Shown: positions 57,335 to 64,000 of the stretch, piece by piece
Layout: every line of letters starts with the position of its first letter
Position numbering within the stretch: position 1 is the stretch's first letter
Source: the human T2T-CHM13v2.0 reference genome, Homo sapiens
Strand: one strand, 5' to 3'
Length of the DNA stretch: 64,000 nucleotides
NCBI RefSeq assembly: GCF_009914755.1
Contig: NC_060925.1
Made by a program: the position numbers and the translations under genes
The notes under the pieces: generated by a model
The model's input: the letters and a program-made list of their open reading frames with translations, nothing else
What the model was told of the DNA's origin: nothing
Databases searched by the model: none

Positions 57335-60300
57335 ATGGAATCGTCATCGAATGAATTGAATGCAATCATCGAATGGTCTCGAATGGAATCATCTTCTAAT
57401 GGAAAGGAATGGAATCATCGCATAGAATCGAATGGAATTATCATCGAATGGAATCGAATGGTATCAACACCAAACGGAAAAAAACGGAATTATCGAATGG
57501 AATCGAAGAGAATCTTCGAACGGACCCGAATGGAATCATCTAATGGAATGGAATGGAATAATCCATGGACTCGAATGCAATCATCATCGAATGGAATCGA
57601 ATGGAATCATCGAATGGACTCGAATGGAATAATCATTGAACGGAATCGAATGGAATCATCATCGGATGGAAACGAATGGAATCATCATCGAATGGAAATG
57701 AAAGGAGTCATCATCTAATGCAATTGCATGGAATCATCATCAAATGGAATCGAATGGAATCAACATCAAATGGAATCTAATGGAATCATTGAACGGAATT
57801 GAATGGAATCGTCATCGAATGAATTGACTGCAATCATCGAATGGTCTCGAATGGAATCATCTTCAAATGGAATGGAATGGAATCATCGCATAGAATCGAA
57901 TGGAATTATCATCGAATGGAATCGAATGGAATCAACATCAAACGGAAGAAAACGGAATTATCGAATGGAATCGAAGAGAATCATCGAATGGACCCGAATG
58001 GAATCATCTAATGGAATGGAATGGAATAATCCATGGACTCGAATGCAATCATCATCGAATGGAATCGAATGGAATCATCGAATGGACTCGAATGGAATAA
58101 TCATTGAACGGAATCGAATGGAATCATCATCGGATGGAAATGAATGGAATCATCATCGAATGGAATCGAATAGAATTATGGAATGAAATCCAGTGTGATC
58201 ATCATCGAATGGACCCGAATGGAATCATCATCCAACGGAAGCTAATGGAATCAACATCGAATGAATCAAATGGAAACACCATCGAATTGAAACGAATGGA
58301 ATTATCATGAAATTGAAACGGATGGACTCATCATCGAATGGATTCGAATGGAATCATCGAATAAAATTGATTGAAATCATCATCCAATGCAATCGAATGG
58401 TATCATTGTATGGAATCGAATGGAATCATCATCAGATGGAAATGAATGGAATCGTCATAGAATGGAATCGAATGGATTCATTGAATGGAATCAGATGGAA
58501 TCATCGAATGGACTTGAATGGAATCATTGAATGGACTCGAAAGGGATCATGATTGAATGGAATTGAATGGAATCATCGAATGGTCTCGATTGGAATCATT
58601 ATCAAATGGAATCGAATGGAATCACCGAATAGAATCGAATGGAACAATCATCGAATGGACTCAAATGGAATTATCCTCAAATGGAATCGAATGGAATTAT
58701 CAAATGCAATCGAATGGAATTATCGAATGCAATCGAATAGAATCATCGAATGGACTCGAATGGAATCATCGAATGGAATGGAATGGAACAGTCAATGAAC
58801 TCGAATGGAATCATCATTGAATGGAATCGAATGGAATCATCGAGTGGAATCGAATGGAATTATGATCAAATGGAATCGAATGTAATCATCATCAAATGGA
58901 ATCAAAAATAACCATCATCAATTGGTATTGAATGGAATTGTCATCAAATGGAATTCAAAGGAATCATCATCAAATGGAACCGAATGGAATCCTCATTGAA
59001 TGGAAATGAAAGGGGTCATCATCTAATGGAATCGCATGGAATCATCATCAAATGGAATCGAATGGAATCATCATCAAATGGAATCTAATGGAATCATTGA
59101 ACAGAATTGAATGGAATGGTCATCGAATGAATTGAATGCAATCATCGAATGGTCTCGAATGGAATCATCTTCTAATGGAAAGGAATGGAATCATCGCATA
59201 GAATCGAATGGAATTATCATCGAATGGAATCGAATGGTATCAACACCAAACGGAAAAAAACGGAATTATCGAATGGAATCGAAGAGAATCTTCGAACGGA
59301 CCCGAATGGAATCATCTAATGGAATGGAATGGAATAATCCATGGACTCGAATGCAATCATCATCGAATGGAATCGAATGGAATCATCGAATGGACTCGAA
59401 TGGAATAATCATTGAACGGAATCGAATGGAATCATTATCAGATGGAAACGAATGGAATCATCATCGAATGGAAATGAAAGGAGTCATCATCTAATGGAAT
59501 TGCATGGAATCATCATAAAATGGAATCGAATGGAATCAACATCAAATGGAATCAAATGGAATCATTGAACGGAATTGAATGGAATCGTCATCGAATGAAT
59601 TGACTGCAATCATCGAATGGTCTCGAATGGAATCATCTTCAAATGGAATGGAATGGAATCATCGCATAGAATCGAATGGAATTATCATCGAATGGAATCG
59701 AATGGAATCAACATCAAACGGAAAAAAACGGAATTATCGAATGGAATCGAAGAGAATCATCGAATGGACCCGAATGGAATCATCTAATGGAATGGAATGG
59801 AATAATCCATGGACTCGAATGCAATCATCATCGAATGGAATCCAATGGAATCATCGAATGGACTCGAATGGAATAATCATTGAACGGAATCGAATGGAAT
59901 CATCATCGGATGGAAATGAATGGAATCATCATCGAATGGAATCGAATAGAATTATGGAATGAAATCCAGTGTGATCATCATCGAATGGACCCGAATGGAA
60001 TCATCATCCAACGGAAGCTAATGGAATCAACATCGAATGAATCAAATGGAAACACCATCGAATTGAAACGAATGGAATTACCATGAAATTGAAATGGATG
60101 GACTCATCATCGAATGGATTCGAATGGAATCATCGAATAAAATTGATTGATATCATCATCGAATGGAATCGAATGGTATCATTGAATGGAATCGAATGGA
60201 ATCATCATCAGATGGAAATGAATGGAATCGTCATAGAATGGAATCGAATGGATTCATTGAATGGAATCAGATGGAATCATCGAATGGACTGGAATGGAAT

Positions 60301-60886
60301 CATTGAATGGACTCGAAAGGGATCATGATTGAATGGAATTGAATGGAATCATCGAATGGTCTCGATTGGAATCATTATCACATGGAATCGAATGGAATCA
60401 CCGAATAGAATCGAATGGAACAATCATCGAATGGACTCAAATGGAATTATCCTCAAATGGAATTGAATGGAATTATCGAATGCAATCGAATGGAATTATC
60501 GAATGCAATCGAATAGAATCATCGAATGGACTCGAATGGAATCATCGAATGGAATGGAATGGAACAGTCAATGAACTCGAATGGAATCATCATTGAATGG
60601 AATCGAATGGAATCATCGAGTGGAATCGAATGGAATTATGATCAAATGGAATCGAATGTAATCATCATCAAATGGAATCAAAAATAACCATCATCAATTG
60701 GTATTGAATGGAATTCTCATCAAATGGAATTCAAAGGAATCATCATCAAATGGAACCGAATGGAATCCTCATTGAATGGAAATGAAAGGGGTCATCATCT
60801 AATGGAATCGCATGGAATCATCATAAAATGGAATCGAATGGAATCAACATCAAATGGAATCAAATGGAATCATTGAACGGAATTGA

Positions 60887-62194
60887 ATGGAATCGTCATC
60901 GAATGAATTGGATGCAATCATCGAATGGTCTCGAATGGAATCATCTTCAAATGGAATGGAATGGAATCATCGCATAGAATCGAATGGAATTATCATCGAA
61001 TGGAATCGAATGGAATCAACATCAAACGGAAAAAAACGGAATTATCGAATGGAATCGAATAGAATCATCGAATGGACCCGAATGGAATCATCTAATGGAA
61101 TGGAATGGAATAATCCATGGACTCGAATGCAATCATCATCGAATGGAATCGAATGGAATCATCGAATGGACTCGAATGGAATAATCATTGAACGGAATCG
61201 AATGGAATCATCATCGGATGGAAATGAATGGAATCATCATCGAATGGAATCGAATAGAATTATGGAATGAAATCCAGTGTGATCATCATCGAATGGACCC
61301 GAATGGAATCATCATCCAACGGAAGCTAATGGAATCAACATCGAATGAATCGAATGGAAACACCATCGAATTGAAACGAATGGAATTACCATGAAATTGA
61401 AATGGATGGACTCATCATCGAATGGATTCGAATGGAATCATCGAATAAAATTGATTGAAATCATCATCGAATGGTATCGAATGGTATCATTGAATGGAAT
61501 CGAATGGAATCATCATCAGATGGAAATGAATGGAATCGTCATAGAATGGAATCGAATGGATTCATTGAATGGAATCAGATGGAATCATCGAATGGACTGG
61601 AATGGAATCATTGAATGGACTCGAAAGGGATCATTTTTGAATGGAATTGAATGGAATCATCGAATGGTCTCGATTGGAATCATTATCACATGGAATCGAA
61701 TGGAATCACCGAATAGAATCGAATGGAACAATCATCGAATGGACTCAAATGGAATTATCCTCAAATGGAATTGAATGGAATTATCGAATGCAATCGAATG
61801 GAATTATCGAATGCAATCGAATAGAATCATCGAATGGACTCGAATGGAATCATCGAATGGAACGGAATGGAACAGTCAATGAACTCGAATGAAATCATCA
61901 TTGAATGGAATCGAATGGAATCATCGAGTGGAATCGAATGGAATTATGATCAAATGGAATCGAATATAATCACCATCAAATGGAATCAAAAATAACCATC
62001 ATCAATTGGTACTGAATGGAATTGTCATCAAATGGAATTCAAAGGAATCATCATCAAATGGAACTGAATGGAATCCTCATTGAATGGAAATGAAAGGGGT
62101 CATCATCTAATGGAATCGCATGGAATCATCATCAAATGGAATCGAATGGAATCATCATCAAATGGAATCTGATGGAATCATTGAACAGAATTGA
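60887..62194 (+). repeat. 1308-bp variant unit (B-only, early crossover)
   Basis: Anchor spacing 60887 to 62195. The upstream flank switches from GGGGTC...ATCGCATGG (pre-A) to ATCATAAAATGG (pre-B) at ~60810-60825. Confidence 0.88.
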
Positions 62195-64000
62195 ATGGAA
62201 TCGTCATCGAATGAATTGAATGCAATCATCGAATGGTCTCGAATGTAATCACATTCTAATGGAAAGGAATGGAATCATCGCATAGAATCGAATGGAATTA
62301 ACATTGAATGGACTCGAATGGAATCAACATCAAACGGAATCAAGCGGAATTATCGAATGGAATCGAAGAGAATCATCGAATGGTCTCGAATGGAAGCATC
62401 TTCTAATGGAAAGGAATGGAATCATCGCATAGAATCGAATGGAATAAACATTGAATGGACTCGAATGGAATCAACATCAAATGGAATCAAGCGGAATTAT
62501 CGAATGAAATCGAAGAGAATCATCGAATGGACTCGAATGGAATCATCTAATGGAATGGAATGGAATAATCCACGGACTCGAATGCAATCATCATCGTATA
62601 GAATCGAATGGAATCATCGAATGGACTCGAATGGAATAACCATTGAACGGAATCGAATGGAATCATCATCGGATGGAAACGAATGGAATCATCATCGAAT
62701 GGAAATGTAAGGAGTCATCATCTAATGGAATTGCATGGAATCATCATAAAATGGAATCGAATGGAATCATCATCAAATGGAATCAAATGGAATCATTGAA
62801 CGGAATTGAATGGAATCGTCATCGAATGAATTGAATGCAATCATCGAATGGTCTCGAATGGAATCATCTTCAAATGGAATGGAATGGAATCATCGCATAG
62901 AATCGAATGGAATTATCATCGAATGGAATCGAATGGTATCAACATCAAACGGAAAAAAACGGAATTATCGAATGGAATCGAAGAGAATCTTCGAACGGAC
63001 CCGAATGGAATCGTCTAATGGAATGGAATGGAATAATCCATGGACTCGAATGCAATCATCATCGAATGGAATCGAATGGAATCATCGAATGGACTTGAAT
63101 GGAATAATCATTGAACGGAATCGAATGGAATCATCATCGGATGGAAACGAATGGAATCATCATCGAATGGAATCGAATAGAATTATGGAATGAAATCCAG
63201 TGTGATCATCATCGAATGGACCCGAATGGAATCATCATCCAACGGAAGCTAATGGAATCAACATCGAATGAATCAAATGGAAACACCATCGAATTGAAAC
63301 GAATGGAATTACCATGAAATTGAAATGGATGGACTCATCATCGAATGGATTCGAATGGAATCATCGAATAAAATTGATTGAAATCATCATCCAATGGAAT
63401 CGAATGGTATCATTGAATGGAATCGAATGGAATCATCATCAGATGGAAATGAATGGAATCGTCATAGAATGGAATCGAATGGATTCATTGAATGGAATCA
63501 GATGGAATCATTGAATGGACTGGAATGGAATCATTGAATGGACACGAAAGGGATCATTATTGAATGGAATTGAATGGAATCATCGAATGGTCTCGATTGG
63601 AATCATTATCAAATGGAATCGAATGGAATCACCGAATAGAATCGAATGGAACAATCATCGAATGGACTCAAATGGAATTATCCTCAAATGGAATCGAATG
63701 GAATTATCGAATGCAATCGAATGGAATTATCGAATGCAATCGAATAGAATCATCGAATGGACTCGAATGGAATCATCGAATGGAATGGAATGGAACAGTC
63801 AATGAACTCGAATGGAATCATCATTGAATGGAATCGAATGGAATCATCGAGTGGAATCGAATGGAATTATGATCAAATGGAATCAAATGTAATCATCATC
63901 AAATGGAATCAAAAATAACCATCATCAATTGGTGTTGAATGGAATTGTCATCAAATGGAATTCAAAGGAATCATCATCAAATGGAACCGAATGGAATCCT
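62195..64000 (+). repeat. Partial unit with a divergent 615-bp (468+147) first subunit; truncated by the window end
   Basis: Anchors 62195 and 62810; GGAATCAAGCGG occurs twice (~62336, ~62483). Confidence 0.85.

Larger units (their letters stand above)
1..64000 (+). repeat. Human satellite II (HSATII/HSat2) tandem array, GAATG strand on +; probably the 1.77-kb chr1q12 subfamily (HSat2A2-type)
   Basis: Continuous degenerate GAATG repeats with frequent TCGAATGGAATC and ATCATC motifs, typical of HSat2 rather than pure (GGAAT)n HSat3. The period is 1776 bp (anchors 83, 1859, 3635, 5411). The chromosome and subfamily call rests on the remembered 1.77-kb EcoRI periodicity. Confidence 0.95.

Noticed and set aside
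83-63827. About 240 short + strand ORFs (60-163 aa; MESSSNE..., MELSSNG..., MKLKWMD...)
   Set aside because: They are low-complexity translations of the GAATG repeat (MEWNG/IIEWNR) in overlapping frames. Stops are gained and lost at random between copies, and there is no domain or gene structure. Database hits to similar 'hypothetical proteins' would most likely be human-satellite contamination artifacts.
1-64000. CRISPR-like array or prokaryotic repeat system
   Set aside because: There are no unique spacers between constant repeats and no cas or other genes. Everything derives from one satellite.
1-64000. HSat3 (e.g. DYZ1 or chr9) or alpha satellite identity
   Set aside because: There are no long pure (GGAAT)n runs (about 3 copies at most) and no 171-bp monomer or CENP-B box. 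The ATCATCGAATGG grammar and 1776-bp period fit HSat2.
1-64000. Inversions or Alu/L1/other insertions
   Set aside because: No switch to CATTC-strand sequence, poly-A tail or foreign sequence was seen. All anchor spacings are fully explained by satellite-internal modules.

Overview
The whole 64 kb window is one uninterrupted, single-orientation tandem array of human classical satellite II (HSATII/HSat2). The + strand is the purine-rich (GAATG)n strand, built from ~23/26-bp motifs such as TCGAATGGAATCATCA. Its dominant period is 1776 bp with one EcoRI site per unit, which matches the 1.77-kb chromosome 1q12 satellite (HSat2A2 / pUC1.77-type). That assignment is recalled, not searched. I found no credible genes, RNA genes, transposons or inversions, and the ORF track is a by-product of the repeat. 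I see no novel coding system. What is of interest is the array architecture. There are 38 complete units plus one partial; 20 are exactly 1776 bp and the rest are structural variants (1063, 1079, 1210, 1285, 1308, 1455, 1746, 1753, 1777, 2244, 2859 bp). These variants are explained by gain or loss of an internal 468-bp subunit, a 713-bp deletion, a 147-bp duplication carried on a divergent sequence type, and 1-26 bp indels. They are combined into nascent higher-order super-repeats (4860, 4294, 2986, 4020 bp). Coordinates were read by eye from ORF anchors and diagnostic SNPs, so breakpoints are approximate.
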